From contig NC_092676.1 in assembly GCF_964355755.1 (NCBI RefSeq), positions 24,880,871 to 24,944,870 of the forward strand: a stretch of DNA of 64,000 nucleotides, given 5' to 3'. The number at the start of each line of letters is the position of its first letter. Position 1 is the stretch's first letter. Origin of the DNA: Antedon mediterranea (lineage: Eukaryota > Animalia > Echinodermata). The position numbers and the translations under genes are program-made. Below are positions 13,950 through 27,969 of the stretch, one piece after another. The notes below the pieces were generated by a model. It was not told the origin of the DNA and made no database searches. It was given only the letters and a program-made list of their open reading frames with translations.

Positions 13950-15065
13950 GAGTATAAATCCGCCCCAACATTTAGATTAAATTTGGACACAAAATCATTG
14001 TTAGCAATTCGAGTATAACCCCACCCCCAAAATTAGATTAAATTTAGAGTCAATATCATTATTAGCAATAGAGAGAAATGGCGAACCGCGATGACGTCAC
14101 TCAAATTTCACCGAGTGGGTATAGATTGTAAACAAACCATTTCGCCACATGTTTTTGTATGGGAAATTCCGATGGGTTGAGTTAAAAAGGAAGGTAGAAA
14201 AGAACGTTTAAAACACACATAATAGCAGTATCTTTTTTTTTTGCAACACCCTTAACAATTTTAATGTTATATGGGCAAATCTTAACATATTTTATTTTAA
14301 TTTGGATTGAATTAAGACGCGTTTTTGTTATATACTGTACCCAGCTCTAGGCCCTAGATAGTTGGCCTGTATGCTGTAGTACCTCGAGCCTAGCACGGAT
14401 TATCGGTTATTATAATAATAATAATATTGGAAATTCGTTATTGCATACTGTACTTACTACTACTACTTTAGCTAGGGTGCTGCTAGGCGTCTCCTAGCTA
14501 GGTAGTAAGACTAAATAGAGCATCTCTAGTAGATGTAGGCCTAGCATTAGTTTCAGTTTGACAACTGCCATTTTGTTATGTGGCTAGTGATGCTTCCTGC
14601 AGGGGGGCTACCGCCAGTAATACTGGAATACTTGATAACACCATTCTACTATAATACTATAGGCCTAGTCTAATGTAGACCTACAGATATGAGATATTTT
14701 TAGGATTATGATTGTGAATGATGGATGATTTTTATACATATTTCATTGTTTTATTGTGTAAATACACAAATACAACAAGAATTATGAGCGTTTACAGCAA
14801 CAACATTGGTTAGACAACGCCATGATTCACGTGTATAAACATAGGAAATGTGTCGCCCTCAACGGTTTGTTATGATTTTATACCCACTCGGATTTTAGAC
14901 GTCGGTTCCCCATTTCTCTCTATTCGAGTATAACCCCACCCCCAAAATTAGATTAAATTTGGAGTCAATATCATTGTTAGCAATTCGAGTATAAACCCAC
15001 CCCCAAATTTAGATTGTACACAAAACCATTGTTAATAAAATCCAGGTTTAATCCCACCTCCTAAT
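13950..15065. repeat. ~61-bp tandem repeat (GAGTATAACCCCACCCCCAAAATTAGATTAAATTT...TTAGCAATTC) split by a transposon
   Basis: Two units at 13950-14069 and about 2.5 units at 14922-15065. Confidence 0.85.
14070..14921. mobile_element. Non-autonomous TIR transposon, ISL2EU-like (PHIS group)
   Basis: TIRs AGAGAGAAATGGCGAACCG..GACGTC..CCGAGTGGGTATA / TATACCCACTCGG..GACGTCGGTTCCCCATTTCTCTCT; AT duplication relative to the empty site GCAATTCGAG in neighbouring repeat units. Confidence 0.75.
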
Positions 15066-15854
15066 TTTCTCCCAATCTTATGCCAAAGTCTATCCTCTGT
15101 CAGAATATGTTGTCATTGTAGTACTCTTTATAATTAATGTCTTAATGTCCATATCCAGACATAGGTGGAGGGGGTTGGGGTTAGGTTTGAGGTGGTAGCT
15201 TCTTCATGACATGCAACACCATCTCTATTGAAAATATAATACAATTCTAACCAAGAAGATGTTGTGCAGTGCACCTTTAATGGCATGAATCTATAACTTA
15301 TTTACAGTACGACAGCTTTAAACTCTCATTTCCCCAATCTAATCAGGTGAGTGGTTTTACTGTGGGATTCGCAACGACATCTAAATTGTTACTGTAAATC
15401 CTGTAAATTCCACAGTAAAATCTTGACCTACATTTTCAGCAAATTAATTAGCAATTGATGAGCTTTCGATGCTCACTGCCGAATTAACTTGATTTGTGGG
15501 TTACATCAGTAAAGCAAGGTACGGCATATTTAAGATTGCTCAAGAAGCATAAAAATTGGACTGTATATCCCAATTAAAACCTTCTTCCTGGTCAGATTTT
15601 AATTATCAAAATGAGTTTGTTTCCTTTCTTCGGACACTTACGACTTAATTGATTAATTGACCTTTAAAAGACATAACTTTAGGCATAAATTCTACTTACT
15701 GTATATATTTGCATAAATGCCCAGTTTTTAATAAATACCCCCTTCGAATAAAAACACTTCCCTGTTCTCAATTGAACATAGTTTGGATCAAATTCCCCCT
15801 CAAATACTGTAAAGCGTAACATTATATCGTTCATATACACACAATTATGTATAA

Positions 15855-15985
15855 AGTTCTATCTATACTATCAAACTTTATGTGACCAGAAAATGTGATG
15901 TGCAAAAATGGCCATGATGATGTCATATCACTACCATATTTAAGCATTTCCTTACCATATTCGGGCATATCACTATCATATTTAG
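15855..15985. mobile_element. Harbinger-like MITE family 1, truncated
   Basis: AGTTCTATCTATACTATCAAACTTTATGTGAC plus three internal 21-bp units. Confidence 0.65.
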
Positions 15986-17210
15986 GTAGTAGATTGAGAT
16001 GCAGGATGATCTACCATTTTGATACAATAAATCAAAGCCAAAAATAAAATAATTTATAAATAATAAAAGCAACATATTAAAAAAAATAAAAGATAATATT
16101 CCCTTTTTTTTGGCTGTTTTACTTTATCGTTTTTATTTAGATTTTCGCTTTTTTTTTTGTATTTCTTTTGAGATTTAGATACCCACAGCATTGTCATTTT
16201 CCAGTAATTTGCCTTTGGATTTATATGTCTGACCAACTCCCTGGTCTGACTGTTTGTAGGGTTTCCATGTTTTTATTGTGAATTTTTTTATTGCAATAGA
16301 GACTATACGGTGATTAAATGAACATTGTGCTATGTATTCATTCTGTACAATTGTGATCATCATACACTTCATTATTTAGGCCTGCATTGTTTTATATGGT
16401 TTTCTTACTAGGCCTATAGTTACCTTTCTTGTTTACAACATGCTAATTAAACTACATCTGTTAAAAATAATTTGATTATGTATTTTTGCTGTAAATATAA
16501 ACAAACTGAGACTGAATCACATTCAATAACAATGGAAATAATCTAAAAATAGTTTGCTCGCTGACAACTGACATTGTTACTGATTTTAATAAATGAGCTC
16601 AAAATAAATATAAAAAATGAATTTTTAAAATAAAAATTCATTCTCATTAGACTTGTTTGCCGCAAGCGACAGTTTTTTATGTTGTTAGTATTTCTATTAC
16701 TAGTATTAGTGATGACGATTTCCAGATTAAGTATACTATGAAATGCCACATGTGCCAAAATCTTTTGAAAATGAATTGCCAACTAGAACTTGGTGTTCTT
16801 GCATTGCATGATCAATTTCACTGAAATCTCATTTATAAATTATTTGTTTCATAAATGAAAATGTACTTTTAAATCAAATCAAATTTGATGGAATATTCAG
16901 CCTTGGAGGATGAAATGCTGAGAAAAGTAATATCTACCGTACATACTTTTGGTCCCAATACACTAATTTATGGTCAATATACAGACAAATTATGAGCTAT
17001 CTTAAAGCCTTATGGGAATTGGTTTATCTCAATTTTAAATGTAAAATATTTTATTTATGGTTTTACTGAAAAGATAACAAAATACTATTGCAAAATTTAG
17101 AAAGAGAAATTTAATCAGTAATTTTTAGACTTTTTAAAACTGGTGTTCATGTTAGGAATTTTTTTTTAAATTACTAAGAATGCCCCGGAGAATATGTACA
17201 TAGTACAGTA

Positions 17211-17297
17211 CTGTTGGTATTTGTCGCAGCCAGACATAAGATCAAAGGACTGTTACGAGTTCCTATCTTGGCAAGGCGAGCTCAGTGTCCTGTTATA
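17211..17297. repeat. Unclassified interspersed repeat (reverse-complement copies at ~46160-46245 and ~51240-51325)
   Basis: GTATTTGTCGCAGCCAGACAT...GTTCCTATCTTGGCAAGGCGAGCTCAGTGTCCTGTT is found inverted in intron 5 of SLC22 copies B and C. Confidence 0.75.
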
Positions 17298-18379
17298 ATG
17301 CTGTCTCCACCACTTCCACAACAAACCCCCGCTCCATCTCAACTTTTCCACAGTCTCAAGCGAGAAATATATCAATCTAACACACCAACACATAAACTAT
17401 TATGGGTTCGTATTGAACAGTCAGAAAGATCGCATTTTATTAAACTCATAGATTCTGTATTTTGATTCTACTAATTTAAGTGGAAAATCGGTCATTGCTC
17501 CTGCGAGTTATTAAAATTGATTCCAAAATCTTACAAGGATTTATTAACAAATCTGATAATGATTTTGATTTAGCAAGATATTTAAATTACGGCCAGCCTA
17601 CAAGTGAAGATTTATTTAAGTTATAGTATACTAATTGAAATTTTTCTACCTATACTGTAATTTCATTATTAATGTAAATGAAACGATTTCATCTCACATT
17701 TCATACATACTACACTAATAATTCAAAACCGGATGTATGTACCAAGTCCAAAAAAAGGATAATGGATTCTCCATTATTTTTCGAACATTAAATTTGATTT
17801 TAAATACTTTCCCTCATTGCGACATTAATTCAAAGGTGCCAGTTTTTTGTTAGACAGCGATTCCTTTTAGAAAATTTCAACAACGTAGAGCTTTTGTCCG
17901 CAGTTTGCATCAAGCTAATCCAAATGAATCCATTTCCATTATGGGAACGATAGCAAATCCATAGAATGAGGAAGGAGAGAGTAACATAAGACGATAATGT
18001 CCATTGCTATGCAACCATTATTATCTGATGATAAAACTACATTATAAAATGAAAACATGAAACGACTGTTTTACAACTGTTACGATAGACATTAAAGAAA
18101 GTAGAGGAAGGGAAGGCATTTGGATAAGGCATTACAATTTGTTTTTTTTTAATTTCAAAAATTAAAAAATCTTTATATATACTGGTAAAACGCTGTCATC
18201 AAATTTAAGGTCTGTTTTCTAATATTAATCAAATTTTTGGTTCGAATCATATCCAAATCACAAATTGATAAAAATGAAAATGATTTTGTCCATAATTGCT
18301 AAATATTCAGAACTTTTTAATTTACCAAAAAAGAATGAAACATTTCTTGTCTGAACAAGTTATAATAAAGCTAATTAAT

Positions 18380-18810
18380 GAGTAGAATTTACAACTATTT
18401 ACAACCTGTGTGAACAGGAAAATAAAGTAAGTAATGGTAAAATAACAACCATGCTAAGGCATGTTACATTTCTTGTGTGAACAGGGACTATTAAAAAGTA
18501 GTTATTGGGTAGAATTTACAACTGTTTTAAAAGGCTGTATGTTACATTTCTTGTGTGAACAGGGACTATTAGAAAGTTAATTATTAGGTAGAATTTACAA
18601 CTGTTTTAAAAGGCTGTATGTTACATTTCTTGTGTGAATAGGGTATTAGAAAGTTAATAATTAATGTTAAAATTTACAACCAACGCTGTATGTTACAGTT
18701 TACTGTGTGAACAGGGTATTAGAAAGTTAATAATTTTGTTAAAATTTACAGCCACACTAAGGTGGTATGCTACAGTTTACTGTGTGAACAGGGTATTAGA
18801 AAGCTAATTA
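18380..18810. repeat. ~62-71-bp tandem repeat (TTACATTTCTTGTGTGAACAGGG..TATTAGAAAGTT...), ~6 units
   Basis: TGTGTGAACAGGG core recurs at regular spacing. Confidence 0.85.
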
Positions 18811-19159
18811 AGGCAAAATGAGATATCTTTGTTAAACATCATTTATGATAAATTACAAAAATATAAAATATTGATTAGAAATGATATCCGCAATAAATGA
18901 CCTTGATCGTCAGTTACAAATCCTTGCGCATTAATGATTTTTTAAATGTAAAGATTAAGAAATCATTTTGACTGATCGCTACTCATTACGAGCTGAGTAA
19001 TTAAAATCTAAACACTTGTTTTGCAAAAGTCATTAACGAATCATGTTCTACTGCAGTTACTGCAGTATTTACTGCATTAAAACATATTCATTTAGTTTGT
19101 TTTAATGTTTATGAGGCAGTCACAGCAATAAACCATGTGAAGGCCTATGTACTCTCAAA

Positions 19160-19414
19160 ATCGCTTTCTCAACATTGAGATCGTGGGTTCGAATCCAAAG
19201 GTTGGCACGCATTGCTTGTATCCTAAGCAAAGATACTTTACTTGCGTTTGCCTCTCTCCACCCAGGTGTACAAATGGGTACCAAAACACAACTGAGCTGA
19301 TTATTGGCTGCAACATTATGGGAGTATGTTTCCAGGATGTGTTAGATCCGAAATATGACTGGGTAAATAATGTGAAGCGCTTAGAGTCATTGTGCATTCT
19401 GTAAGCGCCATATA
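19160..19414 (+). mobile_element. CORE-type tRNA SINE with L2-like 3' tail
   Basis: B box GGTTCGAATCC; CORE-like TGTATCCT..AAAGATAC..GCCTCTCTCCACCCAGGTGTACAAATGGGTACC; tail TGTGAAGCGCTTAGAG..AAGCGCCATATAA; sister copy at ~20.3 kb. Confidence 0.75.
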
Positions 19415-20244
19415 AGGTTGACGAATTATTATAACAAAATATAATTACTGCAGTAACTGTTGACGAATTATTATAACAAAATAACATTACTGCAGTAACT
19501 GTGGTAGAATAGTTTTTATATAGTTCTGAATGAGAACAAAGGATTAAAAAAAAATATGAAAAAATTGCTGATACTGATACGAACGTAGTTTTCACAATTG
19601 TTAATTCACTATAAATTCAATTATTAATTATCAATATTAATTATATAAATTTTTTTTTATTGGAAAAAATACTAATATACTATTTATAATACTATTTTTA
19701 ATTATATATACATTTATTAAAATTAATTAATTCAAAAACAAATTAAATCATATTAAATTATGCATTTAATTTTACTATAAACGGCATGATCCTCTATCAT
19801 GCTTATTGATCAATATTATCATTTATTATTATTATGCAAATGTCAATTGAAATTAAATGAAAAGAATAGAGAAATTAATGTAAGAAACGAGACAGAGACA
19901 ACACTTGACAAACCTTCAATATGTGAAAACAATGCACGTTTGAAATACTGTTATTGTTATTTCAATGTCCATGTAATACCATGCATTTGTGCAACAGATA
20001 ACAAAAGTAGTTATGTGTAATCCTTAAGATGGGGTATTGTCACGTTCACTTAGGATGACTTGCTTCAGTGTGCATATAATGATAATAACGTACGGTTACC
20101 CATTTATACGGCCTACTTGAGATGCAAGATAATCCTATGATGCTGTATGGCGGCTCATAATGATTCTGTGATGCACGTGCTGGTTGCTGGTGATGATGAG
20201 GTTGTGGTGAAGCTTATGTTCATGGTAATGACACTGATAATGGA

Positions 20245-20503
20245 CTACTGATCGTGATATTGTGGGTTCGAATCCAACATCAGTCGCATTGTTTGTATCC
20301 TTAGAAAAGATACCTTACTTACGTTTGCCTCTCTCCAACCAGGTGTATAAATGGGTACCTGGTAAAGATCAAGACACAACTTTGCGCTTATTACTAGCTG
20401 CATTATGGGAGCATGTTTCCATACGTGTTTGATCCAAAAATGACCGCGGTAATATTTTGTACAGCGCTTAGAGGTTTATAAATACAGGATACTATTATTA
20501 TTA
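20245..20503 (+). mobile_element. CORE-type tRNA SINE (same family as 19160)
   Basis: GGTTCGAATCC, CCAGGTGTATAAATGGGTACC, TGTACAGCGCTTAGAG and (ATT)n tail. Confidence 0.75.
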
Positions 20504-21355
20504 TAACTTTTGTTTATTAAAAGGGATGATTTAATGATACACTGGTGAACAATCATTAAGTCTATCACACAAGATAGTCCTACTAGAGATCAGTAGAAAG
20601 GCACATAAGACTAACATTATGAAGACCTACCAGAACTTTACATCAATAGCTAGAAAGAGAAGGCATATTTTGCTAGCAAACGTGTACGAGCTGATGACCT
20701 AGAGTCCAACCCCCGGCAAAATAATAAGCAAACTTTTATTTTCACGACAAATCACTAGACTAAATTAAATCTGCACATGTGCTTTCTGAGCATATGCAGA
20801 ATGACCATATCACTCTGTATAATCTACTGATCCATAATAAAAACAAAAGGTGGCATTATTACCACCAAAATCATACCAATTCACTCATTAAATCAATGTC
20901 GATACGCCTACACAAAAAATAATTTTTGAAATGTAGTTCCACGGTTTCCTCACAAAAATAATCATTTAGAGAACAAAGAGTTACATAATGTAAACCTGCA
21001 GACAGCTTACATTGGATGATGTTCAACATTAATTGTAATTACAAATGTCAAAGCAACATAGTAGTCTTTAATTTAACTTGTTTTATATATTATTATTGTT
21101 TTTGTTATATTTACATGTTTAATGCAATAATGTAATGTTTATATTTTTTATATTAGATTAAAAGGATTAGATTAGATTAGATTAAAAGGATCCAAATGAA
21201 ATAAGCTAATATTTAATAAGCTTTTTGGGCTATCCTGGAAAATCTTTTATAAATGTATTATTTGTATTATGTCAATAATTTATGTTATCACTTTGTATGT
21301 ATTTTTTATGATGATTTTCCTAATAAATTCAAATCAAATCAAACACATTATGTAA

Positions 21356-21501
21356 AGCTCTGTCTACACTATCAAACTTTATGTGACAAAAAAATGTGAT
21401 GTGCCTACTGTATATATGGACATGATGATGATATCACTACTATAATATTTGGGCACATCACACTTTTTTTGTTAAACTAGTTTAATAGTGTAGACATAGC
21501 T
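21356..21501. mobile_element. Harbinger-like MITE family 1, complete
   Basis: TAA-AGCTCTGTCTACACTATCAAAC ... GTTTAATAGTGTAGACATAGCT-TTA. Confidence 0.8.
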
Positions 21502-21914
21502 TTAGTAAAGATCTGCATTATGTAATGTACAGTACAATGTATAATAACTCCCAAGTACCATTTTACAAAAGTCGTAATAAATCTTAACTTTCTAATTGAT
21601 TCAACTGGGAATCACATACATTGACTAATTCATTAACGTGGGTGGTCACAAGTTACATTTTATGGACATTCAGAAGTATAATTATTTTTACCTAAGAAAG
21701 TGTGAAATGAGAAGTGAGGGGCGTCGCATGGCATAATAATGTAGTGCACTTCTATGTTTTATAAAATGCGTAAAAATATCATAAAAATATAACCTGGTTA
21801 GCGGAGGTACTGAATGAATGGAGATCTGTTTCCTTTACCTGAACCAGGGAGATGTAAAACAACTATGACATCTCCCTGCCTGAACCCGCGATAGATGTGA
21901 AAGAACTTTTATTG

Positions 21915-22087
21915 ACAGGCCTTGTCTTTTGAAAATCATAGGTGTGCTACAAATTGCACTCCTCAATACATTCAGAGGTGCTGTAGGTGTGCTGTTTGTA
22001 TTTATATGTGTAGAAGTTAACCAAAGGCGTGTTGTAAATCGCACTCCTCAAGGGCAGTTTAGGAGTGTGTTGAAAGACAAGGCCTGT
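21915..22087. mobile_element. Small inverted-repeat-bounded element (probable MITE)
   Basis: ACAGGCCTTGTCTTT ... AAAGACAAGGCCTGT perfect 15-bp IR; internal GCACTCCT repeats. Confidence 0.55.
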
Positions 22088-22467
22088 ATTGAGCTCACAA
22101 AAAATAAAATTCCGGGCAGGATTCCATATCAACACCATTCTGAGCTGGACTTGATTAATGTTTACACTATTTTCTAGGTCCTTCCTTATGTTTTAAAATT
22201 TAATATTATCATTGTAAAACAAAATTTTATTTGGAAAATAAAGTTGAAGTTGAAGTATTGACATTTAAGTCTTTCAAAAGGTTAATATAATAGAATTAAA
22301 CCCCTTCTTTTTCTATTCATTGGAGGATCTTATTATGGGGATACCTTCCCATAAAATTAAGCACATAATGTTATAACATGGTCATCCACTATACAGGGGA
22401 CTTAATTGTTGTGTTCCAAAGGTGTCACTGTTTATGGGTTGTCTAATGTACCATTACATTTTTCGTG

Positions 22468-22587
22468 ATAACTTTATGTGATAAAATGCGATGTGCCCAT
22501 ATATGGACACAATGGTGTCATATCACTACCAAATTTGGGCACAGCACACCTTATTTGTCAAACTAGTTTGATAGTGTAAACAGAGCT
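22468..22587. mobile_element. Harbinger-like MITE family 1, 5'-truncated
   Basis: Right TIR GTTTGATAGTGTAAACAGAGCT-TAA. Confidence 0.7.
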
Positions 22588-23137
22588 TAATTTTGATTAG
22601 GATGAGATCTATCAGTAATCCAATTATCTTACCTACCTGTAAAATTAGGAAAATTCTTCTCTTGCTATTTTTGAACATTATAGTGTGTTGTTAACAGTCT
22701 GAAAAATACAAACAATTGACTGACTACAGTATACAAGGTGTTTAAAAAAAAAAAAAGTTAAATGAAATATCAAAAAGTACCAAGGCTGTTGCGCATTCGG
22801 AGACCAACCTGTACTGCACACTGCCTAGTATTACATGGCTATACTCCGCTGCCTTTTTTTAATGGCCTAGCCCTCGACAAGATAGAAGTGGATTAATTGA
22901 ATAAAACTACTGTTTTGTATTCATTGAATGTGAAGAATATTTCCATAAGTTTTCTTTCCACAGCTCCACCAACAGTCTCTCAATCTTTCAACTCAATATT
23001 CTCTCCATTCCAAATTCATTATTTGTGTATATTAGTTATTACTTTAGTATTGCCTTTCTATACACTGTTAGTAAAATTATTGTTAAATAAATGAAAGATC
23101 AGATAAAAAAACTGATTGAAATTTATAGGGACGTGTT

Positions 23138-23384
23138 ACTCTTTTTCTAAATAAATTCATTTAAATTGTCTACAAATATTTACAATCGTTGATTAATCTA
23201 GAAGCCTTAAAACTAAATATTAACACTCATATTTGTTCGTAGTTTGTCTAATTCATTATCCACTCTTTTTCTAAATAAATTCATTTAAATTGTCTACAAA
23301 CATTTACAATCGTTGATTAATCTAGAAGCCTTAAAACTAAATATTAACACTCGCATTTGTTCGTAGTTTGTCTAATTCATTATC
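23138..23384. repeat. 124-bp tandem duplication (2 near-identical copies)
   Basis: ACTCTTTTTCTAAATAAATTC...CTAATTCATTATC starts at 23138 and at 23262. Confidence 0.9.
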
Positions 23385-24765
23385 ATCGCGTTGCACCCGT
23401 GTAGCGCGTGCTGTGGTAAGACAGGAAACTAGGCATTGCTGTCAGGGCCAAGGTCTTTTTGTAATTATTATTTTACAAGGTCATTTACTATACAACATAA
23501 TTCCAATTTTACTCTTCAATCAATTTATAAAGTTTTTTTTTTAATAATAAAGTAAATTTGGCATAGGAAAACTTAATAAGCAAAGACAAAATTAAATTTG
23601 GTGACACGATTCCCCTAAGAAGGTTTCATCATTAACTATATATTTTGCTAAACGAAGACCGAATGAGTTGGTATAAAAATTAAAGTGGTATAATAAATTC
23701 AATCTAATTATAGTAAAACCCAATATTCTATGAACCCAATATTGTATAGTACAGGCCCTGATAATTATTTGAATTTTAAGCATATATAAGAAAGTATACA
23801 TTTATTTCTTTTTATTATTATTTAATATTGTTATTTGGTGTTCAGTATTTATAGTAAAATGTTGAAGGACGCAGTAACGGATAAATTGAAGTAGAGAAAT
23901 GTAGATAACTAGTTCACTATTTGTTATTTAGCTGAATTCGATGACAACAAAACTAAGGTTTAAGAGGCATTCCCAGCAGATATTCATCAAATTTCTACCA
24001 TAATCCAAAAAGATCATAAAATACAGGATTTAGGGATATTAGATAAAATTACTGTCAGCCAATCTAAATGATAGATTGTGGAATACCGTATGAAGAATGT
24101 TTTGTTCGAAAAAAGTTCCGATTTCGGTATGCCTTGATGAGTCTTAGGAAAAACGCTATTAAAAAAACGTGGAATTACTGAAAGATCAGGAACGGTTTGA
24201 GATATAAGCTATCATGCATCAAGGTTAAAATACTTATGAATGTTAAGGCCATGCTACGCGTTAAGTTATTGCTATTTATTTCTTGACGGTTATCATACTC
24301 ATATTCTCTAATCCTGGTTCATTATTACACACTCATGTTATCATGCCTTTGTTGGATGGAAAATATTCATATAGCGACAAACAGTTTTTATTCAAACGTA
24401 TTGTTTTTGAGTTTGAAAGAAAGTATAAATTTACATTTTTTTACTTTAAATGATTATTTGTGTATTCAATTATGAACTTTTGTGCTAAAAATGAAATTTG
24501 TTAAAGTATCATTTCTAATTCTATTTGAATGATAAACGTCAATTAACACACATTTGTTTGTAAAGTATGTACTTCAACGTTCAAGCAACTCTGTTATATA
24601 ACACTTAAAATAGAAAATGCCCAAATAAATTTGCTAATTAATAACATATTTTATATTGGATACTCTACAAAATCATTGCTACATAAACAGTGCAAAAATG
24701 AATATATTTGAACTATTGAAAAATTATGCCATCTTTGAAAAATGAGAAATAATTTAATTCAATTG

Positions 24766-25152
24766 AACATTTAACCACGTAGGCCCTCATCAACTAATGG
24801 TTGATTCTTCCTATAGATAGATACAGTATATAAAAAAGTTTAAATAAATTAGGGGTTTTTTTTGCCACAATCCTGACCAACACTTCACTGTTCTACAAGT
24901 ATAATTTCATCTCATTACTAACATATTTTTTTTCTCTAAATTTTTAGCACATTGCACAATTCAACATTTAACCACGTAGGCCCTGATCCACTAATGGTTG
25001 ATTCCTCCCTATAGATATATAAAAAATTTATAGGCCTAAATGAGTTTTGTTCTGCCACAATCCAACACTTTACTGTTCTAAAAGTATACTTTCATCTTAT
25101 TATTACATATTTTTTTTCTCTAAATGGTTTAAAGTTTTAACATATTGCACAA
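24766..25152. repeat. ~197-bp imperfect tandem duplication
   Basis: AACATTTAACCACGTAGGCCCT..CTAATGGTTGATTC at 24766 and 24963. Confidence 0.8.
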
Positions 25153-26801
25153 TAATATTCAGTGTAATTAAACCTCAATTGAAAGTAACAATTGTCGAAA
25201 TGGTGGCTAGATTATCACCAAGGTCTGACAGTATTAAACTGGATTTCAGATTACAGGCGGTCTCTCTAACGCTTATTTAATCGCTCTACCTTGACGGATT
25301 GTTCACAATTTCAATTTTATCAATCATTTTTCCCCTCTGTTTATTCCACTGAAAACAATGAAAAGGGTTTCAGTGTAATAGTTGTCATGGTAACACATAA
25401 TTAAAATGTGATTACGGTTGACTCATATATTTATTGATATAACTTTTGCTACATTAATCTTATTTAATCGAAATATGCATTTTATTGAAAATTTATACAA
25501 TTTCTAAACTGTACAAATAATTAAGTTAAATTGGTAAAAACAAGTCCCTGTTTTCAGTCTTTTCTAGTTATCCCGTTGGCTCAACTCAAAGTAAACTTTA
25601 AAAATAGGTTTAAAATCCCAGTGGGATATGATTCTTTAACATGTGGAAAAAACATGCCTGATATGTATTATTATTTGTCAGAGAAAAAGGAGTTTTTTTT
25701 TATCTTTGCCACTGAAATCGGCTGGAATATCCATTGTTTACTATAGATGCCCGTCTAAAATATTGTTTTAATATCACCCTCTATAGTATGATGCATCTTT
25801 TCCGTTTTATAGCACCCTCTATTGTTTTGCGATATTTCACTTTTTCAAGTTGAGACCTCCAAGCTTTCATGTATGCAAAATAAAAAAAAATCTGAAGGAA
25901 CTTAAAAATCCGATTACAGGTAATTAAATAAGTACAACTTAAATTTTCCAACCATTACATCATCAATTACTTAATTTACAAATTAAAAGGTAATTAATTA
26001 ATAGAGTGATCAATTAATTATAATTACCAATATGGCTCATTTAGCAGCAATAAACTGTTTATCTGTCAAACAACATCCTAAGGCATTTAACAAACATAAA
26101 TGCTGTAAATGCATTTAATAGCAATTATCACAAATTAGTTTCAAAGTCAATGTCAGTTAGCCTATAGTACGCCTACTAAAAAATTTGAAACACATGTATT
26201 GTGATATAAAATAAAGCACCTTAAATTTTAAAAAAATTGTACAATATTTGACAGACAACTTATTTTTTCTAGTTCAGCCTTTTTATGTTTCCTAATTGTT
26301 TTACATTTATTGTCAAACATAATAATTTTAAAATTCAAATTAAAAAAATTAAATATCTGCAATTATAAACAATTGATATTTTTTTTTTTTTTTTTCACAA
26401 GAAGGAATTGTTTAATTTATATTTGAAAATATATCTCAGGGAAATTTTTGTTTGTTTTGTTTTTGGTCTATTCAAATAAATTAATCTATATAAAAGGGTA
26501 TACTGTATATATTAAACGGTTGGAGTCCATTGAAATTAATAACATTAAATGGTTAAAAATATCTGTTAAATGTTGTGATACAGTAAATAATATGCAATAA
26601 TAATGCAAAATACAAAAAGATCCAGTGAAAAATGAAAAAAATATAAGTACATAAAATACAGTTAACTCAAAATAAAGAGAGGCAAAATATTTTTTTTGTT
26701 TGAAAAAGATTAAACGTCAAATTTTCAATTGTTCTGTACCTTTATTTTAATATTTAAAGTCATTTTATATTTCAAATAGTGAAATATAAAGTCACATTGT
26801 A

Positions 26802-26982
26802 AAACTCCGTCTATACACTATCAAACTTTATGCGACAAAAAAAGTGTGATATATGTGTCCATATGGATATGATAATGTCATATCACTACCATACTTGGGT
26901 ATATCACTACCATATTTGGGCATATCACTACCATATTTAGGCACATCACACTTTTTGTTTGTTTGATAGTGTAGACAGAGGT
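26802..26982. mobile_element. Harbinger-like MITE family 1 (three internal 21-bp units)
   Basis: Both TIRs are present; explains the spurious ORF with PKYGSD repeats. Confidence 0.8.
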
Positions 26983-27515
26983 TTAGGGAATAATAAATAA
27001 TAATTTTGTTAAAGATAACAACTAAAGTCTGTGGAATTCTAAAGTCTGTGGAATTCTGAAGTTTGAATTTTGATGAATAGATAAAATGTGTACAGTACAA
27101 GTTTACCTGAAGCCCGAGGTATTAACCATTATTGGCGCTACGCAGTCTTGTTGAAGATCTCAAGGGGGCTATTGCTTACAGTCCAAGTATGAGTTGCAGG
27201 AAAAAGTAAAGGCTTATCACGGTTAGCAGAGACGTTTGCTAGGTGAGCTTACATGAATTGACACGTCTATGGCACCGGTAACGTGTGCCGATGCTCAGGC
27301 AAGCTGAAAGTATTAGCGTTTCAAACAGAAACTGAGGCCTTTAGATAATAACTATATGGAATTATTAGATACTAATTATGGTGTCTTGTTATGAATCATA
27401 TTACATTACAGTTTCATATATTCAATATATTACATTATATTTTAAAAAAAACTAAGATTTCTACAAATCTAGTTATCTTAAATCCTATAATAAAGCAAAG
27501 TGTTGTTGGTTTGTA

Positions 27516-27875
27516 CTGTTAGTATTCGAATAAACGTGTCTCTCGAATAAACTCCCCTATAGCATCGTTTGGAATACCACTTCTCCATCAAATAAATGTC
27601 CCAGGGTCTCTATTTTTTCTCTCAAATAAAGCCCCACCACATGTATATACACACAGTATTGTATTATAACATTTCTATTTGTAGAATTCATTGACTTCTA
27701 TGATCTACAATTGACCAAGTATTTGAATTTTTACTGTATTTTATCTTTTCGTGATATTAATTATGCTGTATTTTTTCATATTTAGGGAGAATTTATTTGA
27801 TTATACATGCTACGCCCTCTAAAAGCCCTCCTAAACAATAAAGCGACGCCGGGGCATTTATTCAAATAAATACGG
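27516..27875. mobile_element. Tc1/mariner-type MITE
   Basis: TA-CTGT..TATTCGAATAAAC left end and TTATTCAAATAAATACGG-TA right end; internal CGAATAAA/CAAATAAA repeats. Confidence 0.55.
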
Positions 27876-27969
27876 TATCTTAAAACTGATACTACCTAAT
27901 CTTAAATTGTATCCTGGAATTTCGTAGGAGATTTGATTTAGCTAGGAAAATTGGGGAAACTTGCATGGA

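Noticed and set aside
19147-19595. 146-aa and 85-aa ORFs
   Set aside because: They overlap a SINE and a 42-bp local duplication.
4615-20290. tRNA genes suggested by GGTTCGA(A/G)TCC B boxes
   Set aside because: These are SINE heads without cloverleaf structure.
26828-27100. ORF with PKYGSD repeats
   Set aside because: Translation of MITE family 1 internal repeats.
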